DNA of 64,000 nt from an uncultured candidate division Zixibacteria bacterium. GTDB lineage: Bacteria; Zixibacteria; MSB-5A5; RBG-16-43-9. The DNA is taken from positions 1,216,001 through 1,280,000 of the forward strand of contig OY970208.1 of assembly GCA_963713865.1 (NCBI GenBank). Direction: 5' to 3'. The notes beneath the pieces are model-generated. The model saw only the letters and a list, made by a program, of their open reading frames with translations, ran no database searches and had not been told where the DNA came from. Below, in pieces: positions 52,864 to 62,385 of the stretch (positions are counted from its first letter, which is position 1; every line of letters starts with the position of its first letter). The translations under genes were made by a program, and so were the position numbers.

Positions 52864-53721
52864 TTAACCTTTTCCTAAAAAATTGATCAAAAAATTATAA
52901 CCGAGGGTGGATAAAATCCCACCGGCGACTATAAGAAATCCTATGATTAATTTCAAAAAGTCCTGCCCTTTAATACTTCCCAGAACTAAAGGGTTTTTAG
53001 TTAAATAGCCACTGGCAGCAAAAAGCTCCTCGCCTATCAAGGTGTAGTCGCAGGCAACTATGAAAAAGGAAAGCTGGATAGTTGAATCTGTGCCCGCAAT
53101 CTGCAAAGCGCCGATGGAGTTTCCGGTCTCAGCTAAGATCAGAGATTCAGCTTCAAAGGTGCCTAAGAAAAGATTAGTAGCCGGTCTTTCTCTTAACATA
53201 ATTCCATCTACTGCAGCTACGTATCCGAACTGGCTCTGGGTTACAAAGTAGATATTTTCTTTTTTGTAGGATTCCGGATGTCCAGCTTTAGTAAAACTCT
53301 CTTTAACTACTTCCTGGGCAACAGTTGTTACCATCGGGTCGTAGTTCGGGATTAAAAGCGGGGTATTATACTCAGCTATTTTTTCCGCTACGCTTCCCAG
53401 GATATTCATCGAAGCCATGGTTGCCACCCTTTCCATTTTTCCCAGGCCAGAAGAAAATAATATCGGTTTACCCATCTCGGTTGCCCTGCCAACAGCTTCA
53501 TCTAAAGCCTCAAGTCCAGGAATAGAACGAATCTTCAATTTTTTACTTTTTTTAGCATAAAGGATAAACCCGAAGATAAAAATGAGAGTGAGGATTATCC
53601 CGATTAAGAGGTTTGTTTTTTGCGGATCGAACCAGCTAATTTGGTCAATGGCAAAAGCTGGAGAGTGAAAAATAAATATTAGAGTGAGAATAAAAATGAG
53701 TTGATGGATTTTCCCCTTCAG
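52864..53721 (-). CDS. DUF6754 protein, probable CTG start
   Basis: IR.IPGL.A.DEAVGRATEMGKP, AESLILAETG, and CDYTLIGEELFAAS motifs. The frame extends 61 codons upstream of 53538 through a TM helix and signal peptide to a CTG preceded by AGGAGG. Confidence 0.8.
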   Translation of the reverse strand: MKGKIHQLIFILTLIFIFHSPAFAIDQISWFDPQKTNLLIGIILTLIFIFGFILYAKKSKKLKIRSIPGLEALDEAVGRATEMGKPILFSSGLGKMERVATMASMNILGSVAEKIAEYNTPLLIPNYDPMVTTVAQEVVKESFTKAGHPESYKKENIYFVTQSQFGYVAAVDGIMLRERPATNLFLGTFEAESLILAETGNSIGALQIAGTDSTIQLSFFIVACDYTLIGEELFAASGYLTKNPLVLGSIKGQDFLKLIIGFLIVAGGILSTLGYNFLINFLGKG

Positions 53722-54192
53722 GACTATCCTCCTTGATAAGTTTTTAAGTAAAGTAGAAAATAAAATTTCTTTGTCAAGGGAAATTAAAATTTGAAGTAAA
53801 TCATATAGACCCGCCTTGGGGTCAAGGTGGGTTTACCGAGTTACGAGGAGCGAAGGGCGTAGCCACCGTAATGCTTTTATCGGCCACAAGGGGAGAGTGA
53901 ACTTGCTACGATTGAACAGATATCTTGTCTGTTTTTTGTCAGACCATAGAAACGCGTCCGTAGGACAGGAATGTCTGACATACCATTGTTGACCCACCTT
54001 AGGGGCAAGGTGGGTCTACCGATTAACGTAAGACATTGACTGTCGGGCATAATGCCCGACGCTACAATTTCTCTTGACAATTGGATTTAATTCTTCTTAT
54101 ATATTTTTTGGTTAGGGAAGATAGGGAGCAAAAAACCATTTAACATTTTTCCCCCCCCCGCCTTTGGCGAGGGGAAACCATGAGGAGGGTTT

Positions 54193-56493
54193 ATGCGTCG
54201 TATTACTATGTTTTTGGTGGTGGGGTTGTTAATCAGCAGTTTAGCTTATGCAGATGTTCCCAGGCTGATCAACTTTCAGGGGAGGCTGACTGATGCAGCC
54301 GGAAAGTTCGTGGCAGATGGTAGTTATTCTGTGACCTTCAGCATCTATTCAGTTCCATCCAGTGGGAGTGCTTTATGGACTGAGGCACAATCTGTAACGG
54401 TGACCAAGGGTTTATTCAATGTTATCCTGGGCTCTGTTACACCGATTCCCAACTCTATTTTTGATTCTTATGTTGACACCTACCTGGGAGTACAAGTGGG
54501 AGCAGATGCAGAAATGACACCGAGACAGAGGATTTCCAGTTTAGGCTACTCATATTATTCCTTGAACTCTGACAAACTGGATGGTCTTCATGCTTCAGAT
54601 TTCACCAGCCCGGTTTCGGATTTTGGACGTTCGGGTGTGTCAGCTACTCTATATGAGGGGACTACTGCTTTAATTGACAAGTACGTGAACGTTGCAGGAC
54701 CGGATAGTGTGATGGCTTCATCTGGGTCTGCTTTTATAGGCAAAGCCGTAGGAAGTAGCTCATCCAGGATACATGGGGTAAAGGGTTATGCAGATAACTC
54801 TGGCAGTGAGCGCGCTTATGGAGGATATTTCATAGCCGATAGTTCCGGCACGGGCTCGCAGCATTACGGAATGACCGCAGTGGGTTATGGTTCCTCTCAA
54901 ACTAGTTTCGCTCATGGTGCTCACGGTGAGGCAATTAGCAATTCCTCCGGACATGCTTCTGGTGTTTATGGTATGGCTTGGAATTATTCTTCCGGATTAG
55001 CTTATGGTGGTTATTTTTACGCGGCCAATAATGGTACAGGTAAGCATTATGGAGTATATTCCAGCGGGGATGGTAATTCTGATAGCACATCCTATGGTGT
55101 CTATGGTTATGCTCGAAATTCTTCCATTGGTGATGTCTATGGCGGATATTTCACCACCTCTTCTTCTGGAACCGGAGATCATTATGGTGTTTATGGAGAA
55201 GCTTATGGCAGCAGTTCTGACGCTTATGGGTCATACGGTTATGCGTCTAATAATTCCGCATACAATGCTTATGCGGGATATTTTACCGCTGATTCTTCAG
55301 GCACAGGGTATCATTATGGAGTTAGGGCAAGTGCTTATGGTGACTCACCTACAGATGATGTTTTTGGCGTAAGCGGGTATGCTAAGAACTCTTCTTCCGG
55401 CTGGGTTTATGGCGGATATTTCTCCAACTCTTCGACTGGAACGGGAGCTCATTTTGGAACCTATTCCACTTGCTACGGCAGTTACTCTTCAGTCACCTAT
55501 GGTTCTTATAATTATGCTCAAAATACCTCGGATGGCACTGCTTATGGTGGATATTTCACTAACTCTTCTTCAGGCACCGGGAAACATTATGGAATAAGAG
55601 CAACAAGCTATGGCTCTTCTGATTCAGCCACCTATGGTGTTTCTGGCTATGGCTCGAACTCTTCAAGCGGTAGTGTTTATGGTGGATTTTTTGAGACCTC
55701 TTCTTCTGGTACAGGATCCCATTATGGGATATACACCGAAAGCCATGGTTCCGGGAGCAACTACGTTTATGGGAACTATACTAATGCTGAGAACACCTCG
55801 ACCGGTCCGGTTTATGCAGGAGTATTCTGGGCTTCATCTGCTGGTACAGGAAATAAATACGGAGTCTATAGTTACGCCCCGGCATCAGAAGGTTATGCTG
55901 GATATTTCTCAGGAAATATGACTGCCACAGGCACCAAGAGTGCGGCGGTGAAGGTGGATAACGGGGAATATCGATTGCTTTATGCAATGGAATCCCCGGA
56001 GAACTGGTTTGAAGATTTTGGAGAAGGGAAACTGATTAATGGTAGGGCATTGATCCAGATAGACACATTATTCACTCAGACTGTTAATACTTCAGTTAAA
56101 TATCATGTTTTCCTGACTCCTCAAGATGAACCACTGACCTTAGCGGTGGCCAACAGGACTGTCAGTTCCTTTGAGGTTAGAGGTCCTGCAGGCTCAGATA
56201 TCTCTTTCTCCTATCGCATCGTAGCCAAGAGAAAAGGGTATGAGGAATTGAGGATGGCTAAGATGCTTGGCTCCACTCCAGAAGAGATGGAGGTAGTGCA
56301 GGCAAAGCGCCTGGCTGAGTCAGAACAGGAAAGCGCAAGGATGAAGCAGGGCAGAGGGGAAAGGACAGAAAAAGAAATGCAACAGTATAGACCCAAGCTG
56401 CCCGAGGCAGAGAGCGTGCAGAAGGTAAGAAAAGAAGAGCCAAGACCGGAGGATACGGAGAAGATGAGGGTGGAAATGGAAAGTGAGAAGTAA
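54193..56493 (+). CDS. Secreted Gly/Ser/Tyr-rich repeat (fibre/adhesin-like) protein with phage-tail-like C-terminal domain
   Basis: Signal peptide; VPRLINFQGRLTD domain; about 8 repeats of about 45 aa (YGGYF.....GTG.HYG); ESPENWFEDFG...YHVFLTP...YRIVAKRKG. Confidence 0.75.
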   Translation: MRRITMFLVVGLLISSLAYADVPRLINFQGRLTDAAGKFVADGSYSVTFSIYSVPSSGSALWTEAQSVTVTKGLFNVILGSVTPIPNSIFDSYVDTYLGVQVGADAEMTPRQRISSLGYSYYSLNSDKLDGLHASDFTSPVSDFGRSGVSATLYEGTTALIDKYVNVAGPDSVMASSGSAFIGKAVGSSSSRIHGVKGYADNSGSERAYGGYFIADSSGTGSQHYGMTAVGYGSSQTSFAHGAHGEAISNSSGHASGVYGMAWNYSSGLAYGGYFYAANNGTGKHYGVYSSGDGNSDSTSYGVYGYARNSSIGDVYGGYFTTSSSGTGDHYGVYGEAYGSSSDAYGSYGYASNNSAYNAYAGYFTADSSGTGYHYGVRASAYGDSPTDDVFGVSGYAKNSSSGWVYGGYFSNSSTGTGAHFGTYSTCYGSYSSVTYGSYNYAQNTSDGTAYGGYFTNSSSGTGKHYGIRATSYGSSDSATYGVSGYGSNSSSGSVYGGFFETSSSGTGSHYGIYTESHGSGSNYVYGNYTNAENTSTGPVYAGVFWASSAGTGNKYGVYSYAPASEGYAGYFSGNMTATGTKSAAVKVDNGEYRLLYAMESPENWFEDFGEGKLINGRALIQIDTLFTQTVNTSVKYHVFLTPQDEPLTLAVANRTVSSFEVRGPAGSDISFSYRIVAKRKGYEELRMAKMLGSTPEEMEVVQAKRLAESEQESARMKQGRGERTEKEMQQYRPKLPEAESVQKVRKEEPRPEDTEKMRVEMESEK

Positions 56494-56748
56494 GAAGATA
56501 GACGCGAGACGACGTAGGGGCGTATCCACCAGAGACGGACGCCCCTGCCATCTGTCATTGCGACCCCCGCCAAAGGAGGGGGAAGCAATCTGTGAACTAT
56601 GTGAGGATTGCTTCGTCGTCCGCCTTTGGCGAGACTCCTCGCAATGACAGGTAAAAGTAAAAAATTTAAAAATAATTCTTGCTTTTTGAAAAGTTATGTA
56701 TATAATAATTGACGATAAGACAAAAAACCTAAAACTAAGGAGTAGAAA

Positions 56749-57294
56749 ATGTCAAGAACTCTAAAGTTTCTACCAGTAGCTTTAGTAATTGTCTTTCTTT
56801 CTTTTTCTCTGGCTCTCTCCATAGAAAAAGAAAAAGTTTTTGAAGAAAGAACAGTAAAAGAGAATTCTATAGATGAGAAAGTCCTGATAGGAAAAGAGGT
56901 GATTATACCTAAAGATACCACTGCCACTCCCCAGAATTATCATATACCCTGGAGCAGTTTGAATGGCGGTGGAATAGATATGGCCGATACCAATTATAAA
57001 GCAATGGTCTCCTCAGCCCAAAGTTTTATCGGAGAGTCTCAGAGTACTAATTATCAAGTGAAAATCGGGTATTGGTATGGTGGTAAGCCTTTTCTATGCG
57101 GAGATGTTAATGAAACCGGGAATGTATCTTTGGGGGATATCGTTTACCTGATCAACTATCTTTTCAAATTAGGTCCTGAGCCAGACCCATTTTATGGTGA
57201 TGCAGATGCAAATGGAGATGGGAAGGTCAGTCTGGGAGATATTGTTTGGTTGATCAACTACCTTTTTAAATTAGGTCCATCCCCTGTTTGTTAA
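56749..57294 (+). CDS. Secreted protein with GGG...GYW domain and dockerin-like module
   Basis: WSSLNGGG...GYWYG followed by CGDVN...[11 protein letters not shown] twice. Confidence 0.75.
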   Translation: MSRTLKFLPVALVIVFLSFSLALSIEKEKVFEERTVKENSIDEKVLIGKEVIIPKDTTATPQNYHIPWSSLNGGGIDMADTNYKAMVSSAQSFIGESQSTNYQVKIGYWYGGKPFLCGDVNETGNVSLGDIVYLINYLFKLGPEPDPFYGDADANGDGKVSLGDIVWLINYLFKLGPSPVC

Positions 57295-57337
57295 AGCCGT
57301 AATTAAAAGGGTCTTTCAGTAATAAGTATGTAGAGGT

Positions 57338-57372
57338 CCTTCTGGCAAAAATGCCGGAGGGGCTTTTTTATA
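57338..57372 (+). terminator. Probable Rho-independent terminator
   Basis: ccttctggca-aaaa-tgccggagg stem followed by a T-run. Confidence 0.5.
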
Positions 57373-57462
57373 TTTAAAAAGAAGTTATAAAGAATTATTT
57401 TTCCTCCGATAAAATAAAAAAGAGTTAAATTTTCTTAAATATCCGGCTTGAAGGAGGAAAAA

Positions 57463-58396
57463 ATGGATAAGATAAAAAACTTTTTGGTAAAACACTTAGA
57501 GAAGATATTAGTTCTAGGGTTGACCGGTGTTATTTTGATTACCAACTATTTCGTTTTTCAGAAGATGGCTTTTCTTAATTTTTATTATCTGCCGGTTCTG
57601 GTGTTCTGGCTATTTCTTAGGGAAAAAATACGCCATCTATACAAGCCTTTTCAGTATCGGACTGGTGGTTTTCCTGGCGGTTTTATACCCGAACTCTTTT
57701 TATCATCAGTCAACAGGTTTAAGATTGACTTTAGATCTGGTGATCTGGGGTGGGTTTCTGTTTTTAGCCGGAGCGGTAGTGGGGACTTTATATGAACAGA
57801 AGGAAAATAAAATTCAGGAGATCAAAAAAGCGTATGTGGGAGTGATCGAGATTTTAACTAAATACCTGGAATCCTCGGACCGATATACCAAAGGCCACTC
57901 GCTCAGAGTGGCAGATTATGCTTCGGAAATCGCCAAGTCGTTGGAATTATCTAAAAGTGAAGTCGAAAACATCAGAGTAGCAGGTCTTCTGCACGATATA
58001 GGAAAAATTGAGATCTCGAGCGAGCTTATAACCAAAGCTGCCAGTTTGACCACAGAAGAGAAGAAAATAGTTGAAACCCATGTGGAAAAGGGCGTAGAGA
58101 TATTAAGCTCAGTTGGAACGGTCTTAAAAGAGTCTATTCCTATAGTTTTATCCCATCATAAATTCTTCATCGAGAGCAGTGAGGAGGAGAAAAAATTCAA
58201 TACCCTTCCCTTAGGAGCCAGGATTTTAGCAGTGGCAGATAGCTTTGATGCTATGGTCACAGATAGGCCTTACCGGGCAGGGAAACCGTTATGGCAGGCG
58301 ATGGAGGAGTTAGAAAAGGGAAGCGGGATACAATTTGATCCGCATGTGGTTGAGGCTTTTAAAAGGGTGTTAGCGGATAAAGTTGAAGTAACGTAA
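57463..58396 (+). CDS. Membrane-bound HD-GYP domain protein, +1 frameshift near 57605
   Basis: N-terminal TM helices; YTKGHS.RVA, LLHDIGK, HH, ARILAVADSFDAM..DRPYR, and QFDP motifs. The GYP segment itself is not evident. Confidence 0.8.
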
Positions 58397-58817
58397 AAAA
58401 AGTTCAAGGGTCTAAGAGTTTAAAGATTCAAAGGGAAAAAAGAAGTGGAATTGATTCGGTTTTCGTGAACGGAAATATAACCTTACCCTAACCCTCTTAT
58501 TAGGAAGGAGAGGGGATGAATTATGTACAGTAGGGGTTCAAAATTTTGAACCCCTGCTTTTTTCCATATTGCGGGTAGGAGTACAAATCCTGTCCGAGCA
58601 GATTACCTCATCAGATATTCGTAGAATTGATAAAAAAGCCCATAAAGATAATAATACTTAATATTATATTACTGCGGATAATTTATTGTAGAGTAATGTG
58701 TTAGCAAAGGCTTTTCTTTTAAAAAAACGATTGACAAATTAAGAAAATTGATTATTATATATTCAGATTGAGGGGGAAAAGAAAACCTTTTTGCTCATGC
58801 TTCCCAGAGGAGGTTTT

Positions 58818-60155
58818 ATGAGAGCAAGTGTTAAAGTTTTATTATCTTTTTTTATTCTCCTTACCCTGGTTAGTTCTTTACAATCCAAAATAATCTATAT
58901 CCCCTCCCCCTCCTTAGCCACAATTCAAGGAGGGATAAATATTGCCTCAGAAGGAGATACGGTTTTAGCTAATGTGGGAACCTATTATGAAAATATTGAC
59001 TTCAAGGGGAAGAAGATAGTAGTAACCAGCAGATACCTTCTGGAAAATGACAGCAGTTTGGTATACTCAACTATTGTCGATGCAACTTACAAACCCTCAA
59101 ATCCTGTAGTATCTTTCAAATCAGCAGAAGATTCTCTGGCACTATTAATCGGTTTTACTATCCAGAATAGCTTGAATTCCTGGGGGGTGCTCTGCGACAG
59201 TAGCTCCAGCCCGAAGATCGTTTTTAACCGGATTAAAAATAATCTCGGTGGCTTGGTCTGTTCAAAGTCATCCAATCCTCTTATAAAAGAAAATTTCCTG
59301 GGAAATAATACTAATACCGGCATACGATGTGAGATTGGCTCTTCCCCTCTGATTGAAAATAACACCTTAGTTCAGAATGGTGAGCAAGGTATAATAACTG
59401 AAAATTCCTCGCCTAATCCACAGATTAAAGGGAATTATATCTCCGGACATCAGATCGGTGTAAAATGTATGAGCGGCGCTTCTCTGATCGAAAGAAATGT
59501 TATTACCCAGAGCAGTCAAAAGGGGATCAGTATAAATGGAGCTTCTCCACAGGTATTTAATAATACCATTGCCAGTAACACCGGGGATGGGGTGGAAATT
59601 ATCTCTTCCTCCGGGGTAAGTCTTAAAAATAATATCATATCTTCAAGCAGTTCTGGTTACGGGATAAAGGTTTCTATGTCTGAGCCGGTCATAGGATATA
59701 ATGATGTCTGGGGTAATGCAAGTGGTAATTTTTCCGGAACACCAATAGGTGTGGGGAATATGTTCTGGGGTAAAAATTACAAAGGGACCCCCTGTGATCA
59801 GTTTGGGAATATCAGCCAGGAGCCTGAATTTGTAAACCCGCCCAGCGATTTTTCATTACAATGCTCTTCTCCCTGCATAGATGTTGGAGATCCGGGTTTC
59901 CCCGTTCCGAGTTCAGGTGGACCCAGGATCGATATGGGGGCTTATGAGTACCTTATCTCCACCGGCGATGTTTATGTAGATGGTAAGATCGATGTTTCAG
60001 ATGTAATCTTCCTGATAAATTATCTTTTCAAAAACGGTCCCGCTCCAGATCCCTTATTAAAAGGAGATGTAACTGCGGATAGTTTAGTAAATGTGCAGGA
60101 TATATTACATCTGATAAATTATCTTTTCAGAAACGGTATGCAGCCCTGTCATTGA
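58818..60155 (+). CDS. Secreted right-handed beta-helix (NosD/pectin-lyase-like) protein with dockerin-like module
   Basis: TIQ.GI..A..GDTVL...GTYYENI, repeated SSP.I..N, SPCID.GDP...DMGAYE, and duplicated D...LINYLF motifs. Confidence 0.8.
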   Translation: MRASVKVLLSFFILLTLVSSLQSKIIYIPSPSLATIQGGINIASEGDTVLANVGTYYENIDFKGKKIVVTSRYLLENDSSLVYSTIVDATYKPSNPVVSFKSAEDSLALLIGFTIQNSLNSWGVLCDSSSSPKIVFNRIKNNLGGLVCSKSSNPLIKENFLGNNTNTGIRCEIGSSPLIENNTLVQNGEQGIITENSSPNPQIKGNYISGHQIGVKCMSGASLIERNVITQSSQKGISINGASPQVFNNTIASNTGDGVEIISSSGVSLKNNIISSSSSGYGIKVSMSEPVIGYNDVWGNASGNFSGTPIGVGNMFWGKNYKGTPCDQFGNISQEPEFVNPPSDFSLQCSSPCIDVGDPGFPVPSSGGPRIDMGAYEYLISTGDVYVDGKIDVSDVIFLINYLFKNGPAPDPLLKGDVTADSLVNVQDILHLINYLFRNGMQPCH

Positions 60156-60226
60156 TCTAAGTGGGAGTGGAGGCTGGAACTCCTTTTACGAAAACCGAGG
60201 GAACGGTTTCATTAAGGCGAATCCCA

Positions 60227-60248
60227 AAGTTAAGGGACTCGCTTTTTT
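60227..60248 (+). terminator. Rho-independent terminator (3' arm and T-run; the stem begins near 60217)
   Basis: gcgaatccc-aaagttaa-gggactcgc followed by tttttt. Confidence 0.6.
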
Positions 60249-60479
60249 GTTATCAAAAAGCGTTTGTTTTTTCCAGTTGAAAGATTTATAATAAAAAATG
60301 AGTATGGAATAAGGAAGACGGAAAATGAAAAATGGAGTAGGTAAAAAGTAGTAAACCGTTAGTGGAGATTTATGTATAGGTATTGACAATTTAGTTTAGA
60401 GTGTGTTATGGAAAATAAAAACGTAACGTTATCTTTACAAAGTTATTAAAATATGATTTAATTATGAAGGGAGTAAGCA

Positions 60480-60938
60480 ATGCGAGTTGAAGATCAAATA
60501 AACAATGGCAAGGGAACCTCGCCCCGACATTATTCACCCCAGCTCTTGAAATTGGTGATACTTTTTATCCTTGTAATTTTTTTTCTGAATTGCGGGCTGA
60601 AAAGACCAACAGATGAGATTGGACCCATTAAAGAAGTAATTAGCCGGTTTGAAAGGGGAGTAATTAATGAGAACAGAGCAGTCCTGGATTCGGTCTATAG
60701 TAAGAAAGATATAAACAGAGATTCGCTTGTCAGCTCACTTTTTCAGGAACTTTCTCCCATAAAATCAAAAGGGTCTTTCTCTTTTTTAAGGAGGAAGTTT
60801 TCGGTTATCGAGGATAAAAAAACAGCTACAGCTGAGCTTTTCATAGGTGGAGTGGAGCAAAAAGAGGAGAAAGTGCTGGAGATTTTTCTGAAGAAGAAAA
60901 AAGGAGAATGGAGAATAGTTGGACAGGGTTTAAAATAA
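60480..60938 (+). CDS. Putative lipoprotein, NTF2-like fold
   Basis: Hydrophobic stretch ending FLNC; C-terminal L.KKKGEWRIV typical of NTF2-like domains. Confidence 0.55.
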   Translation: MRVEDQINNGKGTSPRHYSPQLLKLVILFILVIFFLNCGLKRPTDEIGPIKEVISRFERGVINENRAVLDSVYSKKDINRDSLVSSLFQELSPIKSKGSFSFLRRKFSVIEDKKTATAELFIGGVEQKEEKVLEIFLKKKKGEWRIVGQGLK

Positions 60939-61159
60939 AGTTCAAAGGGGAAAATAAAAAATAATAACGGATAACGGATAAAAAACCAGAGGGGCAGACC
61001 TGCGTGTCTGCCTTAGTTTCAGGCGATGATACTCTTTCCGGTCATGGCGAGGAGTCTCGCCGAAGGCGGATGGCGAAACAATCCATCTAGGAAGGAGTAA
61101 ATGGATTGCTTCACCCCTACCGGGGTTCACAATAACAGCTTGGGGAGAAATACCAAAAA

Positions 61160-62219
61160 ATGTTAGGTTTGAATGAGATTATCGAAAAAGAAGTTACTGA
61201 GGCGATTTCTTTCCTCCAGGAAGCTTTGAAGGAAAAACCTGAGTATATCGAAATTGAACCGGGTGAAGAGGAGAAAGAGCTATTACTTTTAGATAAAAAT
61301 TTAGACCAACTTTCCTTTGAAAATGTCACGGAGATTCATTGTGAGAATAAAGTTGCGGCAGTGGATGGTGGCTCTGCCACCATCCTTAAAACCAGGTCTT
61401 TTCTGATTGGAGTTTATCGAGCAGGGCATGTAATTTTTCAGAAAGGTAAGAGGGTAAAGGAGAAGTTTGTTCCTCTGAGAATGGAGATTCTATCCCTGGA
61501 GAATAAATCAGAGAAATATCTGCAAGCTTATCAAGAGTTGGTAGGTGATGTGCCGAATGAGGTCCCGGAGTTAGATAAAATTTTAGACCGGTTAAGGCTT
61601 TTTGCTGAATGGGGGCTGGTCAAGGAATTATTAACCGAATTAGATAAAGGGGATATGATTTTAGTAGATGGTTCTTTGCGGGCAAGCATCGTTCCCCCAT
61701 ATAACCTTCTTTTAGAAGTTACTCAGGAAGCCAGCCAGAAAAATATATGTTTGGTCGGGGTGACTAAGACCTCCACTCTATACTGGGGGAAAAAATCTCC
61801 TTTGATTCCGATGGTGGTAAAAAGCTCAGAGAAGTTCTATCCAAAATCTAAGTGGTTCTGTCGTCTCTCGGACCTTGATCTGGCTTTGAAGAATCCCAAC
61901 TGGTTCGGGACGATCTATGTGTCAAAACTTAAAGCCTCTTCGGATTATGCTTTTCGGGTGGATGTAAATCGTTCTGGATAATACTGAGCCAGCAAAGATT
62001 TTTTCCTGGCTGTCCTATCTTTCCTCTGACCCGGCATACTTAGGTTATCCATATCCTTTAGCTGCAGTGCATAATCGGGCCAGGATTCTAGGAAGTGAAG
62101 TAAAGGATATAAAATATAGATTGCAAAGCAAGGCATTGGAAAAGGGAATTTCATCTGCGGACTGGGATTTGTTGTTCAGGGATTTTCATGAGGTGTTGAA
62201 CGCGGACTTAAATAAATGA
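61160..62219 (+). CDS. nurA: NurA-family 5'-3' nuclease, +1 frameshift near 61973
   Basis: AAVDGG, R..AE, ILVDGSL, and GVTKTS motifs. After removing one base the frame continues ...DPAYLGYPYPLAAVHNRA...DFHEVLN to TGA at 62219. Confidence 0.8.
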
Positions 62220-62385
62220 CGGATATCGGATGACGGATAAAAGAAAAAGAGAAATGGAAAAGATAAAAGAGTATGACGAATGAAGGATGTCTAGTGATGG
62301 ATAAAGAAATAAAAAAATGACCGGGGTTCGTTAATCGTAACAATTCATTGTAGGGGGGTCCCCCGCCCGGATCACAGATAGCAAG

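Noticed and set aside
54193-56493. Ice-nucleation protein or DGR target
   Set aside because: The repeat differs from the AGYGST 16-mer, and no reverse transcriptase or template repeat is present.
54760-56588. Alternative-frame ORFs inside the fibre gene
   Set aside because: By-products of the repetitive Gly/Ser/Tyr codon pattern. Other antisense ORFs within well-supported genes were dismissed likewise.
60155-60250. tRNA or other ncRNA in the GC-richer structured stretch
   Set aside because: No cloverleaf, T-loop or SRP motif; explained by a small hairpin plus a terminator. An Rfam scan would settle it.
730-62219. Mass pseudogenisation or programmed frameshifting of eight genes
   Set aside because: Each gene has a single indel and intact motifs, seven share one sequence context on either strand, and no slippery heptamer is seen. 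Assembly error is more likely.
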